From NCBI GenBank assembly GCA_963931185.1, contig OZ006981.1, positions 295,910 through 359,909 on the forward strand: DNA of 64,000 bases, in the 5' to 3' direction. Below, in pieces: positions 46,497 through 58,019 of this stretch. Below the pieces are notes generated by a model. That model saw nothing but the letters and a program-made list of their open reading frames with translations, was not told where the DNA came from and ran no database searches. Source of the DNA: an uncultured Bacilli bacterium (GTDB lineage: Bacteria; Bacillota_I; Bacilli_A; RF39; UBA660). The position numbers and the translations under genes are program-made. How positions within the stretch are numbered: position 1 is the first letter of the stretch; each line of letters starts with the position of its first letter.

Positions 46497-48236
46497 TTAT
46501 TCATTTTTTTCTAAATCATCATCTAAAATTTCCTCATCATCACTTGGAACAATCTCATCTTTAACATGAGTAACTGTTATAGTAAGTGAGGCTCCTTCTA
46601 CTATCTTTCCAGTTCGTGATTGATTTATTATGGTTCCATCAGCATATTCTGTAGATTCAATATATTTAATATCCAAAATTAAATTATATTTTTTAGCAAA
46701 TTCTTCTACTTCACCAACTGTCCATCCTTCTTTTACAAAATCAGGATATTGATCATAAACATTTGGAATATAAAGAGTTATTTTAGCAGGTTCTTCTTCC
46801 GATATAGTAATAGTAGTTCCTGGTTCTAAACTTTGATCAATAATAAGCTGCAAATCCATATCTTCTGTAATTTCAATATCTTTTTTTTCAATTGTTACAT
46901 TCATTTTATAAATTTTCTCTAAAGTAGTTTGAATTTCAATATAATTTTTTCCAGTGTAATCTTCTATAACATAAGTATCATTTTTCCCAAGAGACTCAAT
47001 AAGAGTTATAACTGTTCCTTTAGGCCTACTTCTTCCAATTGCTGGATCTGTCCCTATTACTTTTCCCTCAGAAATAGTATCACTATATTCTTCGATTGTA
47101 TCGTTTGATACTTTAAAGCCAATATTTGTAAGTGCTTTTTCAGCTTGTTCAACACTGAGATTTGTAACATCAGGTATTTTTACATTATCAGAACCTTTAA
47201 AAGTCGGATATATTATTATTCCTAAACTAATAACACCAACTAAAAATACTATTGCCAATATCCAAATAATAGCATTTGATTTTCCTTCTTTTTCATCAGT
47301 TATTTGTTTAGCAACTGGTTCCTCATCTTCCTTTACTTCTTGCAAAATAGGTTCTTTTTCATCAACATCGTGTTCTGGATACTTGTATACATATTTAGGT
47401 TCATTAGTCCTATTTTCATCTAGAGCTGTCTTTAAATCATTATACATTTCTCTTACATCATTATACCTATTCTTAGGATTTTTTGCTGTTGCTTTTAAAA
47501 TAATATTCTCGACACTTTGTGGTAAATCTGGATTAATTTTTCTAACACTAGGTATTGGATCTTTCATATGTTTTAAAGCAATCTCAACAGCATTATCCCC
47601 CTTAAAAGGAAGTTTTCCAGTAAGCAATTCAAAGAAAAGTATTCCCATTGAATATATATCAGATTTTGTAGTTGAACCTTTACCACTAGCTTGTTCTGGT
47701 GGTAAATAATGAACAGATCCCATAACAGAATTAGTCTGAGTTAATTGAGTAGAATTTAAAGCCATGGCTATACCAAAATCCGTTATTTTTATTGCGCCAT
47801 TATCTGCTATCATTATATTTTGTGGTTTTAAATCTCTATGAATTATATAACTATCGTGTGCATGTGCAATACCATCTGTAAGCTGAAGCATTATGTCAAT
47901 TACTTCTGTCGGTGTAAGTGTTCCTCTTTTTTTAAGCAGTTGCTTTAACGTTTTGCCTTCAACATATTCCATTACTATATAATAATTGCCATTATCTTCA
48001 CCAACGTCATACATCTCAACAATGTTAGGATGAGACAAAGAAGATGCCGCTATTGCTTCTCTTTGAAATCTTCTTATAAATTTTTCATCATTTGCTAAAT
48101 CACCACGTAATACTTTTATTGCTACTTTTCTATTTAAAATAATATCTTCAGCTAAATAAACATTAGCCATTCCACCCTCGCCAATACTTTTAATGATTTC
48201 GTATCGATCATTTATTTTTTGCCCCTTTGTTATCAA
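46497..48236 (-). CDS. prkC: Ser/Thr protein kinase with PASTA repeats (PrkC/Stk1-like)
   Basis: HRDLKPQN catalytic loop, DFG, a TM helix and extracellular PASTA repeats. Confidence 0.85.
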   Translation of the reverse strand: MITKGQKINDRYEIIKSIGEGGMANVYLAEDIILNRKVAIKVLRGDLANDEKFIRRFQREAIAASSLSHPNIVEMYDVGEDNGNYYIVMEYVEGKTLKQLLKKRGTLTPTEVIDIMLQLTDGIAHAHDSYIIHRDLKPQNIMIADNGAIKITDFGIAMALNSTQLTQTNSVMGSVHYLPPEQASGKGSTTKSDIYSMGILFFELLTGKLPFKGDNAVEIALKHMKDPIPSVRKINPDLPQSVENIILKATAKNPKNRYNDVREMYNDLKTALDENRTNEPKYVYKYPEHDVDEKEPILQEVKEDEEPVAKQITDEKEGKSNAIIWILAIVFLVGVISLGIIIYPTFKGSDNVKIPDVTNLSVEQAEKALTNIGFKVSNDTIEEYSDTISEGKVIGTDPAIGRSRPKGTVITLIESLGKNDTYVIEDYTGKNYIEIQTTLEKIYKMNVTIEKKDIEITEDMDLQLIIDQSLEPGTTITISEEEPAKITLYIPNVYDQYPDFVKEGWTVGEVEEFAKKYNLILDIKYIESTEYADGTIINQSRTGKIVEGASLTITVTHVKDEIVPSDDEEILDDDLEKNE

Positions 48237-48238
48237 TA

Positions 48239-48979
48239 TTAATCACCGCTTTCCACAAATTCCATATATGCTATTGATATGTTATCAGTTCCACCTCGGT
48301 TGTTACTCTTTCTTATTAATTTAATAACTTTATCTTCTATTTCCAATTCACTTAATAATACTTTTTCAATTTGCTCAACATCTAACATTGAAGTTAATCC
48401 ATCACTACATAATAATATTGAAGAAATATCAACATCGCAATCAAAAATATCTATATCGATTGGATTATTAGCTCCAAGTGCTTTCATCAAAACATTTTTC
48501 TTAGGATGATCTTTTGCTTCTTCTTCTGTTAATTCTCCTGCTTTTAATAGCAAATTAACTAAAGTATGATCATAAGTAACTTTATGCAATTTATCATTTT
48601 TAACCACAAATCCAGAAGAGTCCCCTATATTGCCTATTAGCACATAATCTTTTGTAACTAAAGCAATTACTAAAGTAGTTCCCATTCCTTTACTTTCAGG
48701 ATGCTCATCAACATAACTAAAAATCAACTCATTTACTTCTGAAGCCATTTCACGTAACCATTCAACAGCTTTAGATTTTTCCATATTACAAAAAGATTCA
48801 TTAAAGCATTTACTTATATGACTAATTGTTATAGAAGATGCAACTTCCCCAGCAGAATGTCCCCCCATTCCATCAGCAACAGCCATTAAATAATCTCCAC
48901 TTTGATTTTTAGTTATTATAACACTATCTTCATTATGTGAACGCACTTTCCCAGCATCTGTCAAATAAAATGTTTTCAT
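48239..48979 (-). CDS. stp: PP2C-family Ser/Thr phosphatase (Stp/PrpC)
   Basis: VADGMGGH motif; paired with prkC. Confidence 0.85.
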   Translation of the reverse strand: MKTFYLTDAGKVRSHNEDSVIITKNQSGDYLMAVADGMGGHSAGEVASSITISHISKCFNESFCNMEKSKAVEWLREMASEVNELIFSYVDEHPESKGMGTTLVIALVTKDYVLIGNIGDSSGFVVKNDKLHKVTYDHTLVNLLLKAGELTEEEAKDHPKKNVLMKALGANNPIDIDIFDCDVDISSILLCSDGLTSMLDVEQIEKVLLSELEIEDKVIKLIRKSNNRGGTDNISIAYMEFVESGD

Positions 48980-49998
48980 ATATCCTCCCTCTTGCTTCTA
49001 AGTTGACCACAAGCAGCACTAATATTTGTTCCAAACTCTCTTCTTATTGTAACATTTATATTATTCTTTTTTATTATATCATAAAATTCTAATATTTTGC
49101 TTTTTTTACTTCTCTTATAGTCTATATTATTTGTTTCATTATAAGGAATTAAATTTACATAACAATTCAATCCCTTAAGTAAACTAACCAATTGCTTAGC
49201 ATTTTCAACACTATCATTTATTTCATCAAGCATTATATATTCAAAAGTAATTCTTCTTTTAGTACAATTATAATATATTTTTAAAGCATCCAATAACATT
49301 TCAATTGGATACACTTTATTAATTGGCATTATTTTATTTCTTATTTCATTATTTGGAGCATGTAAACTTATAGCCAAATTAATTTGATAAGGGAATTTAG
49401 CAAATTCAAGTATTTTAGGAACTATGCCAGCCGTTGAAACAGTAATATGTCTACTTCCAATACTTAAACCCTTCGGATTATTTATAATTTTAATAAATTT
49501 CGTTACGTTTTCATAATTATCAAATGGTTCACCTATTCCCATTATAACTATATGAGTAATCTTCTCATTAATATCTTCTTCTACTTCCATTATCTGATTA
49601 ACAATTTCACCAGAAGATAGATTCCTTACTTTCTTTAATCTGCCACTTTCACAAAATTTACAGCCCATATTACATCCAACTTGACTAGATACACATATAC
49701 TATTTCCATAATCATGACGCATTAAAACACTTTCAACTAATGTATTATCATATAAACTAAAAAGGTATTTATTTACTTCTATATCCCTTTCTACTTTTAT
49801 CTTCTTTAGATTTCCTATTACAAAATCTTCCTTTAATTTTTCAATTACATTTTTCTTAATATCTGTTATCTCTTCAAATTTTTTTATTTTTTTATCATAT
49901 AACCAAGTATATAGTTGAATTGCTTTAAATTTTTTTTCATTAATAGAAATAAAATATTGTTCTAGTTCTTCAATTGTCAAATCATAAATATTCTTCAT
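48976..49998 (-). CDS. rlmN: 23S rRNA/tRNA m2A methyltransferase RlmN (radical SAM)
   Basis: CNMGCKFC radical SAM motif. Confidence 0.85.
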   Translation of the reverse strand: MKNIYDLTIEELEQYFISINEKKFKAIQLYTWLYDKKIKKFEEITDIKKNVIEKLKEDFVIGNLKKIKVERDIEVNKYLFSLYDNTLVESVLMRHDYGNSICVSSQVGCNMGCKFCESGRLKKVRNLSSGEIVNQIMEVEEDINEKITHIVIMGIGEPFDNYENVTKFIKIINNPKGLSIGSRHITVSTAGIVPKILEFAKFPYQINLAISLHAPNNEIRNKIMPINKVYPIEMLLDALKIYYNCTKRRITFEYIMLDEINDSVENAKQLVSLLKGLNCYVNLIPYNETNNIDYKRSKKSKILEFYDIIKKNNINVTIRREFGTNISAACGQLRSKREDI

Positions 49999-50273
49999 AA
50001 TCCACTTCCACCAATAACATTATTATATCATGTTATATTTTTACAGTAAAAAAAAAGAAACTAATTTACATTTGTTTACGCTTCTTTTTACAACCAAACT
50101 TATTAAAAAAACACAATGTATTTAAAATAGGAATAAGAGTAGCACCAATATCAGTAAATACTGCCAATCACATAATAACTATCCCAAAAACACTTAAAAG
50201 CAAAATAGGAAACTTCATTTCAATTGCAAAAAAACAAATTTTGTTTAATTACTAAACAAATTAAATTACATAA

Positions 50274-52121
50274 TTATTCATAAAAAATAGAATCAAGCTT
50301 TTCTTTAATTTGTTCTTTAGTAAAAGGCTTTGATATATAATCGGTAAAACCTTCATCTTTATATTTTTGATCTGCTCCACTAATAGCATCAGCGGTAAGG
50401 GCAATTACCGGAACTGAAAAATTATCAATTTTTCTTAATTCTTTTAAACATTCTTCTCCACCCATTTCAGGCATCATTATATCCATTAAAATAATATTAT
50501 AAATATTGCCATTAATTATTTTTTCTAAACATTCTTTTCCATTATAACATTCATCAAACGTCGCTATTCCTAAAGCTTCTAAGCTTCTTTTAGCTACTTT
50601 AATATTTAACTTGTTATCATCAACAATTAAGATTTTTTTCTTTGAATAATCAACCTGTTTATCTAAAGGTTTATATGTAACAGATTCTTCTTTATATTCC
50701 AAATCTATCTTTTGTGGCAATGTAACCATAAATATTGATCCTTTACCAAAATTGCTTTCAACATTTATTTTTCCACCCATCAACTCAACTAATCTTTTCG
50801 TTATGGCTAAACCTAGACCTGTACCTTCAGCAGTAGTATTTTTTTCAATATCAAGTCTTTCAAACTTGTCAAATAATTTTGAAATATTCTCTGCCTTAAT
50901 TCCACGTCCTGAATCTTTAACAATAATAAACAAAGTACAAATATCTTTTTTGTTAATACATTTAATATCTAATTCAACAAATCCTTGTTCTGTATATTTA
51001 ATTGCATTAGTTAATAAGTTATTTATAATTGATTTAACATGAATTTTATCACCAATTAATTGATATGGAATATCACTAGAAATATTAATTATATAATTGA
51101 TTGGTTTATTTCCTATTCTAGTACCTACAACTTTTGCCAAACTAGTTATTTCTTCACTAAAATTATATTTTACATCGATTATTTCTAATTTATCACTTTC
51201 AATTTTATTAATATCCATTATATTTCCAACAATCTCTAATAAAGTTTTTGATGCTGAAACCACATCACTCAAGTCTTCTTTTATATCACTAGAAACATCT
51301 TTTCGATTATATATATCCGAAGAAAGACCAACAATTGCATTTAAAGGTGTCCTTATTTCATGTGACATACTAGATAAAAAATCACTTTTCGCCATATTAG
51401 CTTTCTCAGCTCGTTCTTTTGCTAAATTAAGTTCTGTAATCATTTTTATATCTGGATTTTCTATTGTAAAATACATTAATGCAACCGCAAGAGAAAATGG
51501 CAACGAATTCAATAAAATTCCTGGATTAATTTGCCTAATAATTAAAGCACCACCGGTAAAAATAACAAACAAGAATAAAGGAGAATATTTTTTATAACCA
51601 GTTTTACTTGTTTTAAAAATAAGACTAAAAAGCCAAAAAGAAAAATAAAGTGCGTAAACAATTATTAAATAATCAGCCGCTTGACCATAAGAATAAGAAT
51701 ATGTACCATTATTGAATTGATGTAATTCTAGGGTAAATAGAAAAAAAATACTTATTATAAAAAATAATAATGATAAATAAAAGAAAATACCTTTATTTTT
51801 TCTAGAAAATTTTTTTGATATTTCATCATTAGGATTAAAAGATATTTTTAAAATATAAAGTGAAAATACCGTTATCCAGCTAAACATAGCTACTAAAAAT
51901 AAACGGTTCAATAACATATTATAAAAATTTTCAGAATCTATACCTAAAAGCACATTAGTACATAAACTAAGTTCCAAAATCATATTAATCATTGCTAAAA
52001 CTATTAATAGATTATAAATCTTAGTTTCAAAATTATTCACTTTTTTCTTAAAAAAATATAATACTGATATTAAAAACGTATAAAGAAAGCTGCAACCAAT
52101 AGCAGTCATACTAATAATCAT
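50274..52121 (-). CDS. Hybrid sensor histidine kinase / response regulator
   Basis: Multi-TM sensor; H-box [11 protein letters not shown]; HATPase; C-terminal REC domain (DIMMPEMGG). Confidence 0.8.
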   Translation of the reverse strand: MIISMTAIGCSFLYTFLISVLYFFKKKVNNFETKIYNLLIVLAMINMILELSLCTNVLLGIDSENFYNMLLNRLFLVAMFSWITVFSLYILKISFNPNDEISKKFSRKNKGIFFYLSLLFFIISIFFLFTLELHQFNNGTYSYSYGQAADYLIIVYALYFSFWLFSLIFKTSKTGYKKYSPLFLFVIFTGGALIIRQINPGILLNSLPFSLAVALMYFTIENPDIKMITELNLAKERAEKANMAKSDFLSSMSHEIRTPLNAIVGLSSDIYNRKDVSSDIKEDLSDVVSASKTLLEIVGNIMDINKIESDKLEIIDVKYNFSEEITSLAKVVGTRIGNKPINYIINISSDIPYQLIGDKIHVKSIINNLLTNAIKYTEQGFVELDIKCINKKDICTLFIIVKDSGRGIKAENISKLFDKFERLDIEKNTTAEGTGLGLAITKRLVELMGGKINVESNFGKGSIFMVTLPQKIDLEYKEESVTYKPLDKQVDYSKKKILIVDDNKLNIKVAKRSLEALGIATFDECYNGKECLEKIINGNIYNIILMDIMMPEMGGEECLKELRKIDNFSVPVIALTADAISGADQKYKDEGFTDYISKPFTKEQIKEKLDSIFYE

Positions 52122-52229
52122 ACTATCACCTATTAATAATTATAACAAATTAATAATTATGTGTAAATCAATTAAAAATTAGTAAATAAAAAAGTGATAT
52201 ATTTATACAAATATCACTTAATCTAGTAT

Positions 52230-54137
52230 TTATTTAACTAATATTTTTCTTGGTGCTGGTGGATTCAATGGCTTAATGTCTTCAGTGTTAGTAACCGGTT
52301 CATAAATAATATCACCATTTTCCGGAATCGTTACTTTAAGAATCTCACCATCTTTGCTTAAGCAATAATAATCTGTTCTTTCGTCATGCAATGAGACAGT
52401 TTCTCTTTTATCAGTTGCTAAACTACGTGCAAAGTTTGTCCTAAAAATAAGACCTTCTGGAACAAATTTATCTTCTTCAGAATAAGAATCATAAACTTCT
52501 TTAATGATATCAACTGGATTTAAATTTCTAGCTATTACTAAATTAACAACAGGTACTCCAGATTTATCTTCTTTATTATTTGAAATCAATAAAGCTTCTG
52601 CCTCAATAACACCTGGAACATTCAATAATTTATCGCGCATATCAAATAAAAATTTTCCTTTTGATAAATCTACTGGATCTATTTTATTGCCTGAAAAAGT
52701 AATACCTGGAGTATATCTTTTTGTTCCATCCACTGGTAAAACAAAATCATTTACCCTACCACAAATTGAATAAATTGGTTTATCATTATATTCACCTGTT
52801 ACAGCTGCAATATCATTATTTGTTCCCCAAATATTTCCTTCGTCATCAATGTAATTATAAAATGATTGAGTCGCTTTTTGATCATTTAAATATTCTTTCA
52901 TTTGCCAAGGACATTTTGCATATAAAATTCCTCTTTCACCTGGTTGAACATCTTTTCTTGTCAATGGATTAATAATTTTTGCTTCTGCGTTAGGAATCAA
53001 TACACCTGTTTCATTTTCTCTACCAATAATTCCATAAGTAGTCATTATTGCTGAACCAAATTCAGTACTTCCGCCACCTATAACAATTGGTTCTGATCCA
53101 GCTTTCATAAGTAAATCATTTACTACTTTAGTAGGTCCTAAAGGAGTTGGCTCACCACCACAACTAGGCTTCAAATATTTTAAATCACCTTCCTTTAATG
53201 GAGAATGAGCAACTGCTACATAAAGTCCAAAAGGAGCAATAACATCACTTATTTCATCTTCTACTAACGCTTTAGTAATCTTATCTGGTTCAAATGCTCC
53301 TGGATTATAAATAATATCAGCTCCACTAGCACGTCTTAATAACAATGCATAAAATTGACTAGTAATATGTGAAATTGGTATTAATAATAAAGATTTATCC
53401 CCTTCTTTAACAGGAAATTCTGGAAAAATATCATTTTCGTGTGCTTTTAGTAGTTCAATAATTCCCCTATGAGTATGTACTGCACATTTAGGAATACCAG
53501 TAGTTGTACCACCTGTATTTGAATAAGTTGCATTATGGTCTAATAAGTTAATCGAACTATCATTTTTAATTATACTAAAATTATTACTATACTTACTTTT
53601 TATTTCTCCAGGATAAACTATTTCTATATCTTTTGGTAAATCTAAAGAATTTATCAACTGCTTAAAATCATATTGGTTATTGTATTTTTGTTCATTTTCT
53701 TCACTGCGAAAATCACCTGCTGAAGTAAAAATAATTCTTTTAATTTTATTTTTTCCAGAATTAATATCCTGCAATATTTTTTTTAATTCAGGTGTAATAT
53801 ATTCAGCACTTAATACTATTGTATCTGCCCCCTTATCAATAGTATGTCTTTTTATATCACTCATAAAAAACGATAAACTAACAGTACTAACAATTGCACC
53901 TAGTTCTAATAAAGCCATATACATAAATTCATATTCTGGAACATTTCGATTGCATATTGTGACAGGTTTACCACATCCATAAAAAAAGCCTTGTGACAAA
54001 AAATAATTTTTATAATGTTCAACTAATTTCCAATATTCGTCTCTAGTTATTTTTCTTCCATCAAATTCAATGACAATTCCATCCTTATCTCTTTTTTCAT
54101 CTCTTTTTCTTATATAATCAACTACTGATAAAGCCAT
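52230..54137 (-). CDS. Adenylate-forming (AMP-binding) enzyme, acyl-CoA synthetase-like
   Basis: YSNTGGTTTGIPK AMP-binding signature. Confidence 0.65.
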   Translation of the reverse strand: MALSVVDYIRKRDEKRDKDGIVIEFDGRKITRDEYWKLVEHYKNYFLSQGFFYGCGKPVTICNRNVPEYEFMYMALLELGAIVSTVSLSFFMSDIKRHTIDKGADTIVLSAEYITPELKKILQDINSGKNKIKRIIFTSAGDFRSEENEQKYNNQYDFKQLINSLDLPKDIEIVYPGEIKSKYSNNFSIIKNDSSINLLDHNATYSNTGGTTTGIPKCAVHTHRGIIELLKAHENDIFPEFPVKEGDKSLLLIPISHITSQFYALLLRRASGADIIYNPGAFEPDKITKALVEDEISDVIAPFGLYVAVAHSPLKEGDLKYLKPSCGGEPTPLGPTKVVNDLLMKAGSEPIVIGGGSTEFGSAIMTTYGIIGRENETGVLIPNAEAKIINPLTRKDVQPGERGILYAKCPWQMKEYLNDQKATQSFYNYIDDEGNIWGTNNDIAAVTGEYNDKPIYSICGRVNDFVLPVDGTKRYTPGITFSGNKIDPVDLSKGKFLFDMRDKLLNVPGVIEAEALLISNNKEDKSGVPVVNLVIARNLNPVDIIKEVYDSYSEEDKFVPEGLIFRTNFARSLATDKRETVSLHDERTDYYCLSKDGEILKVTIPENGDIIYEPVTNTEDIKPLNPPAPRKILVK

Positions 54138-54259
54138 AAATATCCCCCTTAAGCATTAACTTTGCATGTATTATATCATAATTGTCAAAAAAATGTCAAC
54201 CAATTATAATAATATAAACACATAATAAAACTTGAATAATAATTATTCAAGTTTTATAT

Positions 54260-54520
54260 TTACACTATTTCAACAAGTAATTTTATAGCTGTTCTTTCTT
54301 CTTCTCCAATCATGATATCAGCAAAAGCAGGAACACAAATTATGTTTTTACCAGAAGGAGCTAAAAATCCTCTGCAAATTATTATTGCTTTAATAGCTTG
54401 ATTCAATGCTCCGGCTCCTATAGATTGTATCTCTACCTTACTTTTTTCTTTAAATATATTAGCTAAAGCACCAGCTACAGAATTCGGATTTGATTTATTC
54501 GATACTTTAAGTGTTTCCAT
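54260..54520 (-). CDS. spoVS: SpoVS-family protein
   Basis: METLKVSNKSNPNSVAGALA...EIQSIGAGALNQAIKAI is highly conserved SpoVS sequence. Confidence 0.8.
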   Translation of the reverse strand: METLKVSNKSNPNSVAGALANIFKEKSKVEIQSIGAGALNQAIKAIIICRGFLAPSGKNIICVPAFADIMIGEEERTAIKLLVEIV

Positions 54521-54597
54521 TATTATATATCTTCCTTTCTACAATAATAATATGTAAAAATTCTTTTTTTATGAAAAAAAATACCAAATAATGGTAT

Positions 54598-55650
54598 TTA
54601 AAATTCTAATTTTTCAATTTCTTCTTTTTTATCTTCAACTATATTTTCTTGTCCAGATGATGATGTTGCTGGTTGAGAAGCTATAGACGTTGGTGTTGGA
54701 ACTGTTGGTTGAGAAACTGATGATGTTGGGGTTGGCATTGTTGGTTGAGAAATTGAAGGCGTTGGTGTTGGCGTTGGTGTTGGCATTGTTGGTTGAGAAA
54801 TTGATGGTGTTGGTGTACTTAAATTAACTGCAGAATCAACTGGTTCATTTAATGTTTGCTCAATTTTAGGCTCAACTACTGATGAAATAACTGGCTCTGT
54901 TTTAGTTTCCACAGTTGTTCCACTTGAAGGAGTAGCAATTCCACCTGAATATGCTTCACGCACTGTATTAGTAGGAATTGGTGCAGTATTTTCTAATGGA
55001 TTTGCTCCACCGTATATCTCTCTTGGCTTTTCTTCTAAAATTTCTTTTTTTATTACTGTCTCTGGATTAGTACCACCATAAACTGTAATTGGAGTAGTTT
55101 CTTCTTTTACCATAGATTCATTATTTAGACTATTACTATCAGTAATATTTATTTTTTCCAAAGCAGTTGGTGTATTACTTAATTCTTCAGTTTTATTATC
55201 TATTCCAAGTGTTTCAATTTTGATATCTTGTTTTTCTGCTTCTTCTGTAAAATTAATTGGCTCAACCACAGGAGTCGTTGCACCTTCTTGTAAACCACCT
55301 GATGTTGAAGGAACAATTATAGGTTTAGCTTCACCAGCGTTATTTACCATACTAGGAGCATTTTGAACTAATTGAGGCTCGTTTACTATTGGGGTTTCAA
55401 CTTTTGGCATTTCTGGCGTAACACTTGGTGTATTATTAACAATAGGAGCAGTTGCTATATTCTCTTCTTTTACTATTGAACTATTTGTTTCAGTAGTTGC
55501 AGAAGCATCATCTTTCTTCTTTTCTTTTCCCATACAAAGTAAAACTATTCCAATTATCAAGAATAAAATTCCAACAATAATTAAAATCCCCTCAATGGAC
55601 GTAACAAACTCAACAATATCAAAACTTAATAATTCAAAAATATTCATCAT
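54598..55650 (-). CDS. Membrane-anchored Pro/Thr-rich repeat protein
   Basis: N-terminal TM helix; C-terminal tandem SISQPTMPTPTPTPTP repeats encoded by DNA tandem repeats around 54690-54800. Confidence 0.55.
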   Translation of the reverse strand: MMNIFELLSFDIVEFVTSIEGILIIVGILFLIIGIVLLCMGKEKKKDDASATTETNSSIVKEENIATAPIVNNTPSVTPEMPKVETPIVNEPQLVQNAPSMVNNAGEAKPIIVPSTSGGLQEGATTPVVEPINFTEEAEKQDIKIETLGIDNKTEELSNTPTALEKINITDSNSLNNESMVKEETTPITVYGGTNPETVIKKEILEEKPREIYGGANPLENTAPIPTNTVREAYSGGIATPSSGTTVETKTEPVISSVVEPKIEQTLNEPVDSAVNLSTPTPSISQPTMPTPTPTPTPSISQPTMPTPTSSVSQPTVPTPTSIASQPATSSSGQENIVEDKKEEIEKLEF

Positions 55651-55713
55651 ATATCCTTCTTCCCTAATCTATTCTAATAAAATAATAACAAAATTCAAAT
55701 ATAAATGCAAGAT

Positions 55714-56415
55714 TTATTTTACAAAATATTCGTTAAAATATCCCCACCCCGAATCTTTTAAGCTAGGATATTTTTCAAAAGTCATTTCTTTCTTTAATAC
55801 AGGATGTATTATTGACAATTTATAAGCCCATAAAGCGATTTGTTTATTTTTACTACAACCATATCTTTGATCACCATATAAAGCATGATTTCTCGATGCA
55901 AACTGAACTCTAATTTGATGATGTCTCCCAGTTATTAGTTCTACCTCTATCAATGACAAATTTAGTTCTAACTTTTCATCTAATAATTTATACTTAAGTT
56001 TACAATATTTACCATTTTTTGACACAATTGTATTACCATTTTCTTTTTTTAAAAGATAATCTTCTAATTCACCACTTTTTACTTCTAATTTTCCAGTTAT
56101 TATTGCTAAATATTTCTTCGTAAACTGATGCTTCTTTATCATCTCTGACATTCTTGACGCTGCTTTAGAAGTTTTAGCAAACACCATTAGTCCCCCCACC
56201 GGTCTATCTAATCTTTGAACCATTCCAACATAAACATTTCCTGGTTTATTATATTTATCTTTTATATATTTTTTTACTATAGTTAGCATATCAATATCAT
56301 TAGTATTATCTTGCTGAGTTAATATATTAGGTGGTTTAACAACTACAATAATATGATTATCTTCATAAATAACTTCTAAACTATTCATATGATTCAAACC
56401 TTGAACATATTCCAC
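55714..56415 (-). CDS. RluA-family pseudouridine synthase
   Basis: RLDRPVGGLMVFAKT. Confidence 0.8.
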   Translation of the reverse strand: MEYVQGLNHMNSLEVIYEDNHIIVVVKPPNILTQQDNTNDIDMLTIVKKYIKDKYNKPGNVYVGMVQRLDRPVGGLMVFAKTSKAASRMSEMIKKHQFTKKYLAIITGKLEVKSGELEDYLLKKENGNTIVSKNGKYCKLKYKLLDEKLELNLSLIEVELITGRHHQIRVQFASRNHALYGDQRYGCSKNKQIALWAYKLSIIHPVLKKEMTFEKYPSLKDSGWGYFNEYFVK

Positions 56416-57250
56416 ATGGAAGTACTATATCTTTATTTTTTATAGGTAATCCAATTTCTTCAGAATAAATTTTGCCATTATATTTCGATCCCACTGTCAT
56501 TTTAATAATATTAGTAAATACTTCTTTCGACAACCCTGTAGTATAAGAATTTATTATAAAGAACAATGGCTTATCACTCAACAAATTTGTACACATTTCT
56601 ACTAAATTAAATAAATCTTTTTCGATATCCCAAACTTCTTTATTTGAACCTCGACCATAACTAGGAGGATCCATTACAATAGCATCATATTTATGTCCTC
56701 TTCTTATTTCTCTTTGAACAAATTTTACAACATCATCAACAATATATCTTACATTCTCATTTTCCAAATTATTTAACTTTACATTTTCCTTGGCCCAATC
56801 AACCATTCCACGTGATGAATCAACATGAACTACACTAGCTTTTTTCTTTAAACAAGCAACGGTTGCACCACCTGTATATGCAAACAAATTCAACACCTTA
56901 ATTTTTCTATTAGAACTTTCTATTTTACTCATCATAAAATCCCAATTTATAGCTTGTTCGGGAAATAACCCTGTATGTTTAAACCCCATTTGCTTAATAT
57001 TAAATATTAAATCTTTATATTTAACCTGCCAACTACAAGGTGTCGATTTTAAATTTTCCCAATAGCCACCACCTTTGTTATTTCTATGATAACAAGAATT
57101 TATACAATTATATTCTTTAAAATTAACTCCTGTATTCCAAATTATCTGTGGATCTGGTCTCAATAAATATATATCTTTCCAACGTTCTAATTTTTGACCA
57201 TCAGATGCTTCAATTAATTCATAATCTTTCCAATTTTTAGCTAAAATCAT
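56381..57250 (-). CDS. Class I SAM-dependent rRNA methyltransferase (RlmI/RlmK-like)
   Basis: LNLFAYTGGATVA SAM-binding motif. Confidence 0.65.
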   Translation of the reverse strand: MILAKNWKDYELIEASDGQKLERWKDIYLLRPDPQIIWNTGVNFKEYNCINSCYHRNNKGGGYWENLKSTPCSWQVKYKDLIFNIKQMGFKHTGLFPEQAINWDFMMSKIESSNRKIKVLNLFAYTGGATVACLKKKASVVHVDSSRGMVDWAKENVKLNNLENENVRYIVDDVVKFVQREIRRGHKYDAIVMDPPSYGRGSNKEVWDIEKDLFNLVEMCTNLLSDKPLFFIINSYTTGLSKEVFTNIIKMTVGSKYNGKIYSEEIGLPIKNKDIVLPCGICSRFESYE

Positions 57251-57310
57251 AATATCACCAAATCAATTATAACATTTGTCTTATATTATAGAAAGAAAAA
57301 AACTATAAGA

Positions 57311-58018
57311 TTAATTCATTTTAATGAATTCATCATATAGTTTTCTACATTCTTCCTTATTCATCTCTGGTATATTTTTACATGGATAATCTATATTTAA
57401 TTTTTGATATTTTTCTTCTCCTAATTTATGATATGGAAGAAAATCTATTCTTTCAATATTTTTTATTTTCGTCAAATATTTTTTTAAACCCTCTAAATAA
57501 TCAATATTATCCATAATGCCAGGAACAATTACTTGTCGTATCCATACTTTTTTATTTTGTTTATTAACTTCATCAATAAATTTTTCAGACTCTTCTATAT
57601 TATAACCGGTTAATTCGTGATAACCATCTTGTGTAATATGTTTAATATCTAATATTACTAAGTCTGTATATTTTAAAATTTCTTCATAATGACCAATACC
57701 AGCACCAGCAGTATCCAATGCAATATGAACATTATTTTCTTTTAAAAGTTTCATAGTTTCGATTAAAAATTCAGGTTGTAATAAAGGTTCACCACCAGAA
57801 AAAGTAACCCCACCATTATTACTATAATAACTTTTATATCTAACTATTTTATCAACTAATTCTCGAGGTGTATAATTTTTATCCTGCATTTGCCACATCT
57901 CAGGATTATGACAATATTTGCAACGTAATTTACAACCATTCATAAATATGACTGTTCTTATTCCTGGACCATCAACTAAACCAAAAGTTTCTATTGAATT
58001 TATACTACCTTTTACCAT
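57311..58018 (-). CDS. pflA: Pyruvate formate-lyase activating enzyme
   Basis: CKLRCKYCHNPE radical SAM motif; adjacent to pflB. Confidence 0.85.
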   Translation of the reverse strand: MVKGSINSIETFGLVDGPGIRTVIFMNGCKLRCKYCHNPEMWQMQDKNYTPRELVDKIVRYKSYYSNNGGVTFSGGEPLLQPEFLIETMKLLKENNVHIALDTAGAGIGHYEEILKYTDLVILDIKHITQDGYHELTGYNIEESEKFIDEVNKQNKKVWIRQVIVPGIMDNIDYLEGLKKYLTKIKNIERIDFLPYHKLGEEKYQKLNIDYPCKNIPEMNKEECRKLYDEFIKMN

Positions 58019-58019
58019 A

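Noticed and set aside
50160-50219. Possible 16-aa hydrophobic peptide (MKFPILLLSVFGIVIM) on the minus strand in the rlmN-kinase gap
   Set aside because: Too short, with no clear RBS. Noted only because small hydrophobic peptides often precede sensor kinases.
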